A stretch of 64,000 nt of DNA, from contig DAHVQG010000007.1 in the NCBI GenBank assembly GCA_027317865.1, positions 32,001 through 96,000 on the forward strand. Reading direction: 5' to 3'. This stretch comes from Bdellovibrionales bacterium. GTDB taxonomy: Bacteria > Bdellovibrionota > Bdellovibrionia > Bdellovibrionales > UBA1609. Shown piece by piece: positions 32,263 to 43,496 of this stretch (its first letter is position 1; each line of letters begins with the position of its first letter). Made by a program: the position numbers and the translations under genes. Under the pieces are notes generated by a model. That model made no database searches. It saw only the letters and a program-made list of their open reading frames with translations, and was not told where the DNA came from.

Positions 32263-34341
32263 ATGAAACAAAAAAAGAAATTTAAGCTGGTGAGTGATTA
32301 TGCTCCCACCGGCGATCAGCCGAATGCGATAAAGCAAATCCTCGAGCATATCGGGCAAGGAATCGATCATCAGACTCTTTTGGGCGTCACCGGTTCGGGC
32401 AAAACCTTTACAATGGCAAACGTGATCGAGCAATTGGGTTTGCCAACATTGGTGCTGGCGCCGAATAAAACTTTAGCCGCGCAACTTTTTGTTGAGCTGA
32501 AGGAGTTCTTTCCGGCAAATGCGGTGGAATATTTTGTTTCTTATTACGACTATTATCAACCTGAAGCGTACATTCCGTCGACCAACACGTTCATCGAAAA
32601 AGATTCGGCAATCAACGAGCAAATCGATCTTATGCGCCACTCGGCGACGCGCTCGCTTTTTTCTCGAGAAGACGTTGTGATCGTAAGTTCCGTGTCGTGC
32701 ATTTACGGCATAGGCAGCGCTGAAGAGTATGAGACGATGACGATTCGCTTGAAGGTCAATGCGAAGATGAGGCGCGACGATTTCTTGCGCGAGCTAGTGA
32801 AAATTCAATATCGCCGAAAAGACATCGATTTTCATCGGGGAGCGTTTCGCGTGCGCGGAGATGTGGTCGAAGTGCATCCGGCCTACGAAGAAGATCGCGT
32901 AATTCGCGTGGAGTTCTTTGGCGACTTTATTGATAAGCTTTCGTGGGTCGATCCGCTTAAGGGCGAAAAAATTGAAAGCTTGAACGACATTGAGATTTTT
33001 CCGGGCAGTCACTATGTGACGTCGGCACAGCGAATAAAGACCGCGATTGAAACAATTCGCGATGAACTGCGCGAGCGCATCCAATATTATCGCGAACAGA
33101 TGATGCCGGTCGAAGCCGAGCGCATCGAACAGCGCACGCTTCTTGATCTCGAAATGCTTGCCGAGATGGGTTTTTGCTCGGGTATCGAGAATTATTCGCG
33201 GCACCTGACCGGTCGAGCGCCGGGTGAGCCGCCACCGACGCTTATTGAATATTTTCCGCGCGATTTTTTGACGATTATTGACGAAAGCCACGTTACCGTA
33301 CCGCAAATCGGTGGCATGTTTCGCGGTGATCGCGCCAGAAAACAAACGCTTGTTCAGTATGGATTTCGTTTACCCTCGGCCCTTGATAATCGCCCGCTTA
33401 ATTTTCAAGAATTTGAAAAAATGATGAATAAAGTCGTTTATGTATCGGCGACACCCGGCGAGTACGAACTGAAAAAAAGCGGCGGTCTTCTTGTGGAGCA
33501 AATTATCAGACCGACCGGGTTGCTCGATCCGATTGTTGAAGTAAGGCCCGTTGCCTATCAAGTTGACGATTTATTAAAGGAGATCCGCGATCGCGCGAAA
33601 AAGAAAGAGCGGGTTCTTATCACAACGCTGACGAAACGGTCTGCTGAAGATCTTAGCGAATATTACGAGTCGTTGGGCGTGAAGGTAAAGTATCTGCACT
33701 CGGACATTGACACTCTCGAGCGGACTGAAATTTTGCGCGATCTGCGACTGGGTATTTTTGACGTCTTGATCGGCATCAACCTTTTGCGCGAAGGCCTTGA
33801 TTTGCCTGAGGTGAGCCTAGTCGCGATTACCGACGCCGATAAAGAAGGTTTTCTGCGCTCCGAACGTTCGCTAATTCAAACAATTGGGCGCGCGGCAAGA
33901 AACGCCAATGGGCGCGTAATTTTATATGCCGATCACATCACCGACTCTATGAAACGCGCAATGGACGAGACGGCCAGGCGACGTACGATTCAGCAAAAAT
34001 ATAATGAAGAGCATGGAATTACGCCCAAAACGATTCGTAAAAAAATTCAAGGTGACTTAACCGAAGTTTACGGATTTGAGCTTGTCGAAGAGAAGATCAA
34101 AGGGGCGAATAATAAAATATCGTCTCATATAGAAAAATTTAAAGGTGATGCCAAACGTGTCAACCTCGAGATCGAAAAGTTAAGAGCGAAAATGAAAAAA
34201 CTTTCGGCGAATCTCGAATTTGAAGAAGCGGCTAAAGTCAGAGATGAGATCAAGCGGCTGGAGCTAATTGAGCTTGGACTTCGCGACGGAGAGGTCGACC
34301 ATCTAATGGCGGCGGTAGTGGGCAAGGGCCAGGTTGAATAA
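32263..34341 (+). CDS. uvrB: Excinuclease ABC subunit B
   Basis: [32 protein letters not shown]-terminal UVR domain. Confidence 0.98.
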   Translation: MKQKKKFKLVSDYAPTGDQPNAIKQILEHIGQGIDHQTLLGVTGSGKTFTMANVIEQLGLPTLVLAPNKTLAAQLFVELKEFFPANAVEYFVSYYDYYQPEAYIPSTNTFIEKDSAINEQIDLMRHSATRSLFSREDVVIVSSVSCIYGIGSAEEYETMTIRLKVNAKMRRDDFLRELVKIQYRRKDIDFHRGAFRVRGDVVEVHPAYEEDRVIRVEFFGDFIDKLSWVDPLKGEKIESLNDIEIFPGSHYVTSAQRIKTAIETIRDELRERIQYYREQMMPVEAERIEQRTLLDLEMLAEMGFCSGIENYSRHLTGRAPGEPPPTLIEYFPRDFLTIIDESHVTVPQIGGMFRGDRARKQTLVQYGFRLPSALDNRPLNFQEFEKMMNKVVYVSATPGEYELKKSGGLLVEQIIRPTGLLDPIVEVRPVAYQVDDLLKEIRDRAKKKERVLITTLTKRSAEDLSEYYESLGVKVKYLHSDIDTLERTEILRDLRLGIFDVLIGINLLREGLDLPEVSLVAITDADKEGFLRSERSLIQTIGRAARNANGRVILYADHITDSMKRAMDETARRRTIQQKYNEEHGITPKTIRKKIQGDLTEVYGFELVEEKIKGANNKISSHIEKFKGDAKRVNLEIEKLRAKMKKLSANLEFEEAAKVRDEIKRLELIELGLRDGEVDHLMAAVVGKGQVE

Positions 34342-34650
34342 AATGAAAATTCCAAGCGCCATGGCCAAAGACCCTTGAACGAGAAAGTCTCGGTCACCTC
34401 CGTATGCATATTCAAGAAGCCATGCTGCGTAGGCGGTGATACCGACACCGGTTACTAAAATCATAGATTTTTTAATTACTTTGGTTTTAAGCCCCAAGAT
34501 TATCGGGTACTGATCGATTATAAGCCAAAATGCGACCGCAAGAGGTAAGGCGCAAAGACTTATGCTCCATAGAACGCTGTGTTTCGCAACAAAGAGGCAA
34601 CAGAATAGAACAGCTGAACCGGAATAAATTAAAATACGTTTTGTTTTCAT
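34303..34650 (-). CDS. Small integral membrane hypothetical protein
   Basis: AAGGA RBS, about four hydrophobic segments; convergent overlap with the uvrB 3' end. Confidence 0.5.
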   Translation of the reverse strand: MKTKRILIYSGSAVLFCCLFVAKHSVLWSISLCALPLAVAFWLIIDQYPIILGLKTKVIKKSMILVTGVGITAYAAWLLEYAYGGDRDFLVQGSLAMALGIFILFNLALAHYRRH

Positions 34651-34905
34651 CCTTGAGATCCTCTACTTTTGAACCAATTAGATGCGCATTTCCTTCTGCG
34701 CATGAAATCAAACTTATTTAACTAGATCTTCTAACTATGCAAGTTTGCAACCGGCGGGCCAAACAGGACCGGTACAGATTCGAGAAAAGTTAGTAGAAAT
34801 TGTCAATAACTTGGACAGTCGATAAGGACTATATGAGTATGGATTTGGCGCCATGTTTTGCCACATTTTACGCGAGAAAGGTACTGCTGACATCGCCTGG
34901 ACGCG

Positions 34906-36798
34906 ATGGCATACTCCCATACGATGACCACAACACGAATTGAAACCCTAAGGGCACGGGTTCGAGAACTACCGAATCATTCCGGAGTGTATTTGATGAA
35001 ATCGCACTCCGAAAAAGTGATTTATGTCGGCAAAGCGAAAGATTTACGAGCGCGCGTGCGTTCGTATTTTCAAGATCAAAAGAACGTGAGCCCAAAAACG
35101 CAATATCTTGTCGCGCAAATTGAACACATCGATTATATAATTACAAAGACAGAAGTAGAAGCTTTTTTGCTCGAAGCGTCGCTCATCAAAAAATATAAGC
35201 CACGCTACAATATTCGGCTCAAAGATGACAAAGCTTACCCGTATATTCGGGTGAGTATGCCCGATGACTATCCGCGATTTTATTTATTTCGCAAAGTCAA
35301 AGCGGATGGCGCTCTTTATTTCGGGCCCTATACATCCGGGCTTTTCGTACGTGAAACAATTCGATTTTTAAATCGCACGTTTCGTATACGCGATTGCACT
35401 GATGGTTTTATGAGAGCGCGCACGAGACCGTGTTTGACTTATCAAATCGGCAGATGCTCCGGGCCATGCGTGAAGCTCGTCGACAAAGAAGCATATGGGT
35501 TGGATGTCGAAAATGCGCTCGACTTTCTACGCGGCCGCAACAAAAAACTAATTTTGGAGCTGAGCAAGAAAATGAAAGAGGCGGCTGCGGGTGAGAGATT
35601 CGAAGCGGCAGCGAAACTTCGCGATAGTGTTGAGGCGATACGCGCGATTTTAGAAAAGCAAATTGTGGTGAGTCGCAAAGAGGATCTCGACCAAGACGTT
35701 ATCGCATTTTTTGGCGATGAACGAGGTACTCTTATTGAGACATTGCATATTCGTGCCGGCCGAGTGATAGGCAACCGCTCACAGTTTGTCCCCAAATTGA
35801 ATCCCAAATCAGATGATGAAGATCCTAAGGAGTGGATGACTTCTTTTCTGAATCAGTATTACGCCGAAAACGTGGTTCCGGACCAAATTGTTCTGCCCGT
35901 CGACTTAAGCGACGACATTTACAAACTTATGCGCGAAGTGTTTGTAAGCCGCAAACAAAAGCCGGCGCAGTTTATTCATGCGCTTGACCGAGAACAAAAG
36001 AATTTAATGGAAATGGCCGAAAAAAATGCGCAAAGCCACTTTCAGGATCACGTCAATAAACAAACGAATATCAATCGGATTCTTGAAGAAATTCAAGCGA
36101 AGTTTCATCTACGTACATTACCATTGCGTATGGAGTGTTTTGATATATCGAATTTTCAAGGTGAAGAAAACGTCGCTTCGCAAGTTGTTTTTGAAGAAGG
36201 TCAACCGAAACGCAGCGATTATAGACGGTATAAAATCCGAACGGTTGAAGGGTCGAACGATTTTGCGTCGATGAAAGAGGTTTTAGAAAGAAGATTTCGT
36301 CACACCGAATACGATGATCCACAACTTGTTGTGATTGACGGTGGCAAAGGGCAACTCGGGATGGCGCTCAAAGCGCTCAAAGAACTGGGACGCGAAGATA
36401 TTCCGTGTGTCGGGCTTGCTAAGGCCCGCGCCGAAGGTGAATTTCACGATCAAGATGTGCGCCACTCTGAAGAGCGATTTTTCTTACCCGGGCGGTCAAA
36501 CCCGGTGATGTTTTCATCTAACAGTGAAGGGCTTAAAATTTTGGTGGCTTTGCGCGATGAGGCGCATCGCTTTGCCATCACCTACCATCGAAAATTGCGC
36601 GACGAAGCTCTTTTTCACAGCGAACTTGATGAGATTAGTGGTCTCGGAGAGACGCGAAAGACGGCGCTTCTCAAGCACTTTGGGTCAGTCGAAGCGATTG
36701 CGCTGGCTAGCTTCGACGAAATTGCTTCTATCCCAGGGATGAATAAAACGGTTGCGAAATCCGTAGTTGAAGCATTGAACAAATCACGAAGCCGATGA
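34906..36798 (+). CDS. uvrC: Excinuclease ABC subunit C
   Basis: GIY-YIG domain (GVYLM..IYVGKAKDLR), ECFDISN, IDGGKGQL, RDEAHRFA, HhH. Confidence 0.97.
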   Translation: MAYSHTMTTTRIETLRARVRELPNHSGVYLMKSHSEKVIYVGKAKDLRARVRSYFQDQKNVSPKTQYLVAQIEHIDYIITKTEVEAFLLEASLIKKYKPRYNIRLKDDKAYPYIRVSMPDDYPRFYLFRKVKADGALYFGPYTSGLFVRETIRFLNRTFRIRDCTDGFMRARTRPCLTYQIGRCSGPCVKLVDKEAYGLDVENALDFLRGRNKKLILELSKKMKEAAAGERFEAAAKLRDSVEAIRAILEKQIVVSRKEDLDQDVIAFFGDERGTLIETLHIRAGRVIGNRSQFVPKLNPKSDDEDPKEWMTSFLNQYYAENVVPDQIVLPVDLSDDIYKLMREVFVSRKQKPAQFIHALDREQKNLMEMAEKNAQSHFQDHVNKQTNINRILEEIQAKFHLRTLPLRMECFDISNFQGEENVASQVVFEEGQPKRSDYRRYKIRTVEGSNDFASMKEVLERRFRHTEYDDPQLVVIDGGKGQLGMALKALKELGREDIPCVGLAKARAEGEFHDQDVRHSEERFFLPGRSNPVMFSSNSEGLKILVALRDEAHRFAITYHRKLRDEALFHSELDEISGLGETRKTALLKHFGSVEAIALASFDEIASIPGMNKTVAKSVVEALNKSRSR

Positions 36799-36821
36799 TT
36801 TTGACAGTAATACAGTAATAT

Positions 36822-37076
36822 TTAATGCAGTTGATGTGTCGCTTGGCGTACGCGAATGTGGCAGCTTTCGCATGAAGCCTCTTCGCGAACCTCTTGATTT
36901 ACAAAATGGGTGACATTTGTAAGTAGGAGTTCACTGCCGCAAAGTGGGCAATTGTGATGGTCATCAAGAAATGCCGCCTGCCAATCGATAGGTTCAATGG
37001 TCAAATTACCGGGCTCGGTGGTCGCGTGTTTGTGTTCAAAGATGGTTTCAGTTCTTGTCGATTTCTTTGGCTCCAT
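36822..37076 (-). CDS. Small zinc-ribbon protein
   Basis: GAGGAG RBS; CPLC...CESC. Confidence 0.7.
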   Translation of the reverse strand: MEPKKSTRTETIFEHKHATTEPGNLTIEPIDWQAAFLDDHHNCPLCGSELLLTNVTHFVNQEVREEASCESCHIRVRQATHQLH

Positions 37077-37248
37077 GCGAAGGCTCCTCTATTTTGCCCC
37101 TCACAACTGGCTCGCGACGATCAACATCGTGCGCCGGATATGGGGCGGCTTGCGTTACCCTGTGCTGAGTTCTGTTCGGCATTTCGCGTATCAACTTGAG
37201 ACATTTTTAGTTGTTCCACTTCAGGAGTGGCGGTACTTTCATCTAGGT

Positions 37249-37719
37249 ATGGGCGAAAATCTAGCGAGCGGTGAACATCCGGCAATAGTTTATCTGCGTG
37301 ACGTTTTAGGCGTACGAACGGTACCGAAATCCGCCCTTGGGTCTTCGACTTCGGGCTTGCCCGTCATGCGGGTCGATGAGGAATGCGACGTGACGGTTCA
37401 GACTTTCAGGCCGCTGAACAGCGAAGAAAAAAGGCTTGCCGAGAAAATGCTCGCGGCAATCGACTGTCACAAGATTTTATGGCGGCAGGGTCGGCAAATC
37501 GATTTCACCTCATTGACGGAGAATCAGAGCCGCCGAGGGTTGATCGTATTCGGCAATCTTGAGAAGCCCGGTGGTTCGGATTCAAGTCTCGGAATGGTTT
37601 TTCTGCAACTACCGGATCTTGCCGAATTTTTTGGCGCCGATTCTAAAGTTCACGATCTTAAGAAATCGGCGTGGGAGAAGTTGAAAAGATTCAAACAGGC
37701 AATCGAAAATGAAAAATGA
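37249..37719 (+). CDS. Hypothetical protein
   Basis: Internal ATG of ORF 36997..37719; overlaps the nfeD start; C-terminal KKSAWEKLK. Confidence 0.5.
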   Translation: MGENLASGEHPAIVYLRDVLGVRTVPKSALGSSTSGLPVMRVDEECDVTVQTFRPLNSEEKRLAEKMLAAIDCHKILWRQGRQIDFTSLTENQSRRGLIVFGNLEKPGGSDSSLGMVFLQLPDLAEFFGADSKVHDLKKSAWEKLKRFKQAIENEK

Positions 37720-39091
37720 GCCAAAGTTTTTTGCACCCCAGTTGAATTCGTTAGCCGTATTTGTATCGATACTGCTGACATTTTTGTTTGCGCCAAGGGT
37801 TGTTTTGGCGGCGCAAGTAGCGAAATCAGCAACATCCGTGGTGCACGTGAGTGCAACGCCTGCCAAAACGCAGCCGACGTGCGTACTTGAAACAAAATTA
37901 AATGACGATATTGGCCCGGCGACGCTTGATCTTATTCAACGCGCCAAAAATAGGGCTCTTCAACATCACTGCGGATCTGTTCTGCTGCTCGTGAACACGC
38001 CTGGCGGCAACATGCAAACTACCCGGCAAATTGTTGAAGAGATTCTCAATTCGCCGGTACCATTTTTGTGTTTTGTATACCCTCCCGGAGGTCATGCTGG
38101 CAGCGCGGGCGCCATTATTCTTCAAAGTTGTCATTTATCTGGTGCGGCCCCCGGTACTAATATCGGCGCTTCGACGCCGATTGAAGGGACAGGCGCGAAT
38201 ATCCCGAGTGACTTAAGAAGAAAAATTATAAACGACACGGTGGCCTGGGTGACTTCGCTTGCGCGAATGCGGGGTCACAATGCTCATTTCGCTAAAGAAA
38301 TGATTGTAAAAGCAAAATCAGTGAGTGCTGAAGATGCATTGAAACTGAAGGCCATCGATTTCGTAGGTGATACTCCGCAAGAGTTTCTGAAGTTTGCAAA
38401 CGGCCACACGGTTGAACTGACCAATCATCAAAGTGTGACGTTGCATCCTGGTAAAATCATAGTTTTTCATCACGATTTGCGTTTCAAACTAATGAATCTT
38501 TTGACCAATCCTCAACTGGCTTACCTCATGTTTATGGGTAGCCTCGTACTTCTTTATTTTGAAATCACCCATCCCGGCCTTATGGCGCCGGGTGTTTTGG
38601 GCGGGCTGGGCCTTATCATTTCACTCATTGCGCTTCAGATGATGAACGTGACGTGGGGAGCCGTATTTTTAATTCTTTTCGGCCTGGGCCTTCTCATCAG
38701 CGAAGCTTTTTTGCCAACTTTCGGAATTGTCGGTTTCGGTGGGATCGTGTCATTTTTTATCGGTAGTCTTTTTCTTTTCGACTACGGAACTTCGGGATTT
38801 TTTCTCCCGCTTAAATTTATTTTACCCACGGTTATATTGTTGGGTGCGTTACTGTCAGGAATTGCCTATTTAGCGTTTTCAAGCCGTAAACGCAAAAAGG
38901 CAAAAGAAGCGGGCTTTGACTCAATTGACGGTAGGCAAGTGAAAGTGACTCAAACGCAAGGTGACGGTCGCAGCGGTTTTGTCCTTATGGATGGCGAACT
39001 GTGGCGTTTCGAAAGCGATGAACCGTTGACTGTGGGCCAGCAAGTTCTAATTATAAGCCATAAAGGCTTCACACTAAAAGTCAGGAGATAA
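37709..39091 (+). CDS. nfeD: NfeD-family membrane-bound serine protease (ClpP-like domain, TM region, OB domain)
   Basis: NTPGG, AGSAGA, APGTNIGAS.P, C-terminal GELWR; directly upstream of an SPFH gene. Confidence 0.9.
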   Translation: MKNEPKFFAPQLNSLAVFVSILLTFLFAPRVVLAAQVAKSATSVVHVSATPAKTQPTCVLETKLNDDIGPATLDLIQRAKNRALQHHCGSVLLLVNTPGGNMQTTRQIVEEILNSPVPFLCFVYPPGGHAGSAGAIILQSCHLSGAAPGTNIGASTPIEGTGANIPSDLRRKIINDTVAWVTSLARMRGHNAHFAKEMIVKAKSVSAEDALKLKAIDFVGDTPQEFLKFANGHTVELTNHQSVTLHPGKIIVFHHDLRFKLMNLLTNPQLAYLMFMGSLVLLYFEITHPGLMAPGVLGGLGLIISLIALQMMNVTWGAVFLILFGLGLLISEAFLPTFGIVGFGGIVSFFIGSLFLFDYGTSGFFLPLKFILPTVILLGALLSGIAYLAFSSRKRKKAKEAGFDSIDGRQVKVTQTQGDGRSGFVLMDGELWRFESDEPLTVGQQVLIISHKGFTLKVRR

Positions 39092-39092
39092 T

Positions 39093-39836
39093 ATGCAGCC
39101 AGCCATAATTTTTATTGTCATCGTGGTCGTTTTTCTCCTCATCGCATCGATCAAGATTTTAACGGAGTGGGAGCGCGCCGTCGTTTTACGATTTGGCAAT
39201 TTCACCGGCGTGCGTGGACCTGGCATCATTTTTTTGATTCCGATCGCTGAGAGAATGTATCGCATCGATACGCGTACAATCGCCATGGATGTGCAACCGC
39301 AAGACGTCATTACTAAAGATAACGTCACGCTCAAAGTGGCGGCGGTGATTTATTTTCGCGTGATTAATCCCGAGTATGCGGTCGTGCGAGTCGAAGATTA
39401 TTATTTTGCCACGAGCCAATTGGCGCAAACGGCATTGCGAACGGTACTCGGTCAGTTCGTGCTCGATGAATTGCTCTCGAGCCTTGATCGTATCAGTCAT
39501 GCGCTCCAAGATTATTTAGACAAATCGACGGAGCCTTGGGGAGTTAAAATTACCTCCGTTGAAATCAAAAACATCGATTTACCGCAAAACATTCAACGTG
39601 CTATGGCGCAAGAGGCGACGGCTGAGCGGGAACGTCGCGCGAAGGTCATAAGTGCCGAAGGGGAGTTGCAGCGGTCTGAAAAGCTTTTTCAGGCGTCAGA
39701 AAAGATATCGGCGTCACCGGCGGCGCTACAACTCGCGTATTTGCAAGCGCTGACTGAAATTAAAAATGATGGCAAAACAACGATTATTTTGCCGATTCCG
39801 CTCGAATTCGCGAAGGCATTCTTAAAAAAGGATTAA
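39093..39836 (+). CDS. SPFH/stomatin (slipin) family protein
   Basis: ERAVVLRFG, QDVITKDNV, AQTALR, RAMAQEA.AERERRAK. Confidence 0.93.
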   Translation: MQPAIIFIVIVVVFLLIASIKILTEWERAVVLRFGNFTGVRGPGIIFLIPIAERMYRIDTRTIAMDVQPQDVITKDNVTLKVAAVIYFRVINPEYAVVRVEDYYFATSQLAQTALRTVLGQFVLDELLSSLDRISHALQDYLDKSTEPWGVKITSVEIKNIDLPQNIQRAMAQEATAERERRAKVISAEGELQRSEKLFQASEKISASPAALQLAYLQALTEIKNDGKTTIILPIPLEFAKAFLKKD

Positions 39837-39943
39837 GGCGAGAAGTACGTGCGGCAGCAGCTGCCGCTTGAGCGCCATTGACGGCGCTTGTTGATAAGGC
39901 ACGCACACGGGGTGCGGCATTGAGATTCCCAAGGAGGGGTAGC

Positions 39944-41185
39944 TTGCGGTTAATTTACATTTTTGCGTTCGTTTTGCTGTATGGTTCGTTTGGTCAGTCA
40001 AAAAATTTGCGTAAATCACCGTTAACTGCGCCCATTCGCGTTCGATTGTTGCGGGCCCGGCGCGCGATTGAAATGGATGGGTTCGATTTACGATTCGACG
40101 GCGACAGTTTAAGCACTTCGGTATTGCCCATTCATTCAACCGTCGAAATTTCTCGCCTTCGAAGTGAGTGGCTCATTAGAAAAAATCATCGCGTCTGGCG
40201 TGCGCACGGGCAAAGCTTAGTCGTGTCGGGTGAGATGCTTGAGTTTGAAAGGAATTTGCAGCCACCCGCCACGTATGTCCTTGAGGCGCGGTCGAATGCA
40301 AGTTTTGATGTGGTGGCTGACCTCAGACGAAAGGTCTATTTAGAAGGCGTGTTGCCGAGCGAAATGCCGATTACTTGGCCCGTAGCCGCGCTTGAAGCTC
40401 AGGCGGTCGCTTCAATTTCTTATGCGCGGGCGCAAGCATTGCGGCACGAACAAAGTGGTTTTGATGTCGATAGCTCGATTAACAGTCAAGTGTTCAACTG
40501 GAGTTCATATACTCGTGCCTTAACCCGCGAGCGGAGAAAACTTGCGCACGTACTTGCAATCACGCGTGGGCAGATTCTTATCAATAAACGCGGCCAACCG
40601 TATCTCGCATATTTCGACTCTGACTGTGGTGGAGTGACCGAACTTGCGCAAAATGTTTGGGCGCGCCCAGGCGACCCGACGGGCAGCAAAAAAATCGTTC
40701 ATCATTTTTCTAAGAAGGGAATCGTCTACGATCAATATTGTTTATTGAATCCGCACAATCGCTGGCATTATTTTGTGACCTGGCGGCAAATTCAAAGAGC
40801 GGTGCGAGGGGAGTTTCATAACTTTCGGGGAGAAGTTCGCAACGTCAAAGTGGTCTCACGATCGCCTTCGGGTCGCGCTTATCAAGTCGAGGTTGTCGCA
40901 GTAAACGGCCGGCAACTCCTCATGCTTTCGCAAATCTTTCGCCAGTTGATAGGTTATGGGCGCATTCGCAGCACACTTTTTAAAATTAAACATTTTCGTA
41001 ACGGACTCGAATTTGACGGACGTGGTTTTGGTCACGGAGTGGGGATGTGCCAACATGGTGCACGTTTTATGGCCCTTAATGGCGCCACCTATCAGCAGAT
41101 TCTTTCGCGCTATTATCCGGAGGCGCGATTGATCAACAGCCGTGTGCATTCGGCACCGATTTCTGTCATCGCGTCATCGGAATGA
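39944..41185 (+). CDS. SpoIID/LytB-domain lytic transglycosylase-like protein
   Basis: YLEGVLPSEMP..WP..ALEAQAVA, CGG.TE, GFGHGVGMCQ.GA, IL..YYP. TTG start after AGGAGG. Confidence 0.88.
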   Translation: MRLIYIFAFVLLYGSFGQSKNLRKSPLTAPIRVRLLRARRAIEMDGFDLRFDGDSLSTSVLPIHSTVEISRLRSEWLIRKNHRVWRAHGQSLVVSGEMLEFERNLQPPATYVLEARSNASFDVVADLRRKVYLEGVLPSEMPITWPVAALEAQAVASISYARAQALRHEQSGFDVDSSINSQVFNWSSYTRALTRERRKLAHVLAITRGQILINKRGQPYLAYFDSDCGGVTELAQNVWARPGDPTGSKKIVHHFSKKGIVYDQYCLLNPHNRWHYFVTWRQIQRAVRGEFHNFRGEVRNVKVVSRSPSGRAYQVEVVAVNGRQLLMLSQIFRQLIGYGRIRSTLFKIKHFRNGLEFDGRGFGHGVGMCQHGARFMALNGATYQQILSRYYPEARLINSRVHSAPISVIASSE

Positions 41186-41217
41186 ATTGTGCGCTAGTAG
41201 TGCTATTTTCGCTACGA

Positions 41218-42513
41218 TTAATGGGAAGTTTTTCCGAGAAGTGCTTCGGCGACAGACTCTATAGTGGCGTCGACCGGGGTCGATCGCGACGGCCGTTCAA
41301 ATAGCTGAGCCAGGTTTGGCGGCATTTCGATTTCACCGCCGATAAGCGGGTTGACGATTTCAGAAAACTTTGCCGGATGTGCCGTGGACACGATGATCCA
41401 GTGCGGAGTTTTCATTCGCTCTCGGGCTACGGCGGCCGTTGCTGTATGCGGGCACCAAATTTCACCCCAATCGGCTTTGCCGTGGCGAATGGCATGTCGG
41501 ATTTCATCATCTAGGACGCTAACAGCGGACGAAATTTTTTTGAGTTCATGAACATCTGGATGCAAATCACTTAAACGCTCAAAGTTGCTTGGAGCGCCGA
41601 CATCCATCGCATTTGCGAGCGTCCGAATTGAGGGCCGTGGCTCGTATCTACCGGTTCGATAAAAATTTGAAAGCGTGGTATTGGCATTTGTCGCTATTGT
41701 GATTTCGCGAATGGGCATACCGATTTTTCGCGCCCAAAATGCCGCCACGGCATCGCCAAGATTACCCGTTGGGATAATAAGCCCCGGCGCGTGACCCGTT
41801 TTCTGTTGGTACCAAATAGCCGCCGCCGAATGATAAATCATTTGCGGCAATAGCCGTCCGATATTGATACTGTTAGCGGAAGTGAAACGAAATTTCGAAG
41901 CAAGACCGAACTGCTCACGCACTTGTGCATCGCCAAGAATTGTTTTGACCAGGCGCTGGCAATCGTCAAACGAGCCGTTCACTTCTAGACTTAAAACATT
42001 ATCGCTCCAGCATGTCAGTTGTTGTCGTTGTAGCGGAGAAACTCCATTGCGCGGAAAAAGCACAACGGCGCGAAATTTTTTAAATTCATCGAAGGCGGAG
42101 GCGACCGCTCCGCCGGTGTCGCCAGAAGTTGCAACTAAAATTGTTCGCTGCTCAGAAATTTTGAGATTCATAAACCGTGCAAGAAAGCGAGCCGCAATAT
42201 CTTTAAACGCGGCCGTCGGGCCATGAAACAGCTCCAAAACGGCAGTGTCGTTTTTCAAATAACGAAGCGGAATTTGAAAATCATAGGCTGATTTTAAAAG
42301 CGAATGCAGTTCGTGGGCGGTGAGTTCATCGCGCAGAAAGGGGCTTAAGATCTTTTGTGCGATTCCGATGAATGAATGATCCGTGATTTCGCCGGGTTGA
42401 ATCAGCGGCCAGGATTCAGGTACGTAAAGCCCCTGATCGACCGCTAACCCCCGCTCGACCGCTTCAAGAAATGAAACGCGATCTGCGGCATGACGTGTAC
42501 TAATGTATTTCAT
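41218..42513 (-). CDS. thrC: Threonine synthase
   Basis: ELFHGPT.AFKD, ATSGDTG, SANSINIGRL, TAHPAKF. Confidence 0.96.
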   Translation of the reverse strand: MKYISTRHAADRVSFLEAVERGLAVDQGLYVPESWPLIQPGEITDHSFIGIAQKILSPFLRDELTAHELHSLLKSAYDFQIPLRYLKNDTAVLELFHGPTAAFKDIAARFLARFMNLKISEQRTILVATSGDTGGAVASAFDEFKKFRAVVLFPRNGVSPLQRQQLTCWSDNVLSLEVNGSFDDCQRLVKTILGDAQVREQFGLASKFRFTSANSINIGRLLPQMIYHSAAAIWYQQKTGHAPGLIIPTGNLGDAVAAFWARKIGMPIREITIATNANTTLSNFYRTGRYEPRPSIRTLANAMDVGAPSNFERLSDLHPDVHELKKISSAVSVLDDEIRHAIRHGKADWGEIWCPHTATAAVARERMKTPHWIIVSTAHPAKFSEIVNPLIGGEIEMPPNLAQLFERPSRSTPVDATIESVAEALLGKTSH

Positions 42514-43496
42514 TTTTCACCTTTGAACCCTCGCGCGCCAGGAGCAGGCAATCGAGAAATATAGGCAGTTGAGGTCACACCAGCTATTTTAAACCGCTTT
42601 TGAATTTCTTGTGCGATTTTTTGCCCGGCGGTACGGGATTTGGCTAAAGCAAAAACACTTGGGCCACTACCTGATATTGAAAAGCCAAGGCATCCGGGTA
42701 TTGCCATTGCCGCATTCTTGACGTCTTGAAATGCGGGTATCAAATGCTCTCGTTGCGGCTCAATAATTTGATCACGAAGCGAAGCGGAAATTAAACCAAA
42801 ATTACTTGTCATGCAACCGAGCACGAAACCGGCAAGAAGCGAAGACTGCTCGACGTAGGATTTTAGTGAAATTTCAGGGCGTAAAATTTTTCGCGCCTGC
42901 TTCGTTTCAACCTGCACATCCGGATGAACCAAAACGCAAACAATCCCGCTCGGAATCGAAATGTGAAACACACTCTTTGCCAATGAAGTTGAAAATTGCG
43001 AAGACGAAAGCGTAAGGCCGCCGTATAAACTGGGAGCAACGTTGTCGGGATGGGCCGAGCCCGCGGCGATTCGTTCGCCTTCGAGTGCATAGGTAAAAAG
43101 TTGCTCCATCGGAATTGGATTCTGCACGCGAGACTTTAAACGTCGAAAGATTCCGGCTGCTGCGACAACGGCGGCAACGGCCGACGCAGCTGAACCGCCC
43201 ATACCTGAACCAAGCGGAATACCTTTATGTATGCGGACGCGAAATCCGTAGCTCAAGTTGAGGTCTTTCTGCATGGCCAATAGCGCGGCGGTTGCCGTAT
43301 TTTGTTTGGGATCGGCGGGTATTTTGTTTTCAGTAAAAATACTCTCGATCAAAATTTCGCGTGTGCCCGAGTTGAGCGTTAATTCGACCGTGTCGCCAAC
43401 GCCCTCGAGCGCGAGCCCCAAAACGTCGAAGCCTACTCCCACATTGCCGACTGAAGCCGGGGCAAACGCCCGAATGGTTAAATCGCGTGATTTCAT
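42510..43496 (-). CDS. thrB: Homoserine kinase
   Basis: APAS.GNVGVGFDVLG, GHMP motif PLGSGMGGSAAS, H.DNVAP, ISGSGPS. Confidence 0.95.
   Translation of the reverse strand: MKSRDLTIRAFAPASVGNVGVGFDVLGLALEGVGDTVELTLNSGTREILIESIFTENKIPADPKQNTATAALLAMQKDLNLSYGFRVRIHKGIPLGSGMGGSAASAVAAVVAAAGIFRRLKSRVQNPIPMEQLFTYALEGERIAAGSAHPDNVAPSLYGGLTLSSSQFSTSLAKSVFHISIPSGIVCVLVHPDVQVETKQARKILRPEISLKSYVEQSSLLAGFVLGCMTSNFGLISASLRDQIIEPQREHLIPAFQDVKNAAMAIPGCLGFSISGSGPSVFALAKSRTAGQKIAQEIQKRFKIAGVTSTAYISRLPAPGARGFKGEK

Noticed and set aside
34846-34861. Sigma-54 promoter for uvrC (TGGCGCCATGTTTTGC)
   Set aside because: GG-to-GC spacing is one base too long.
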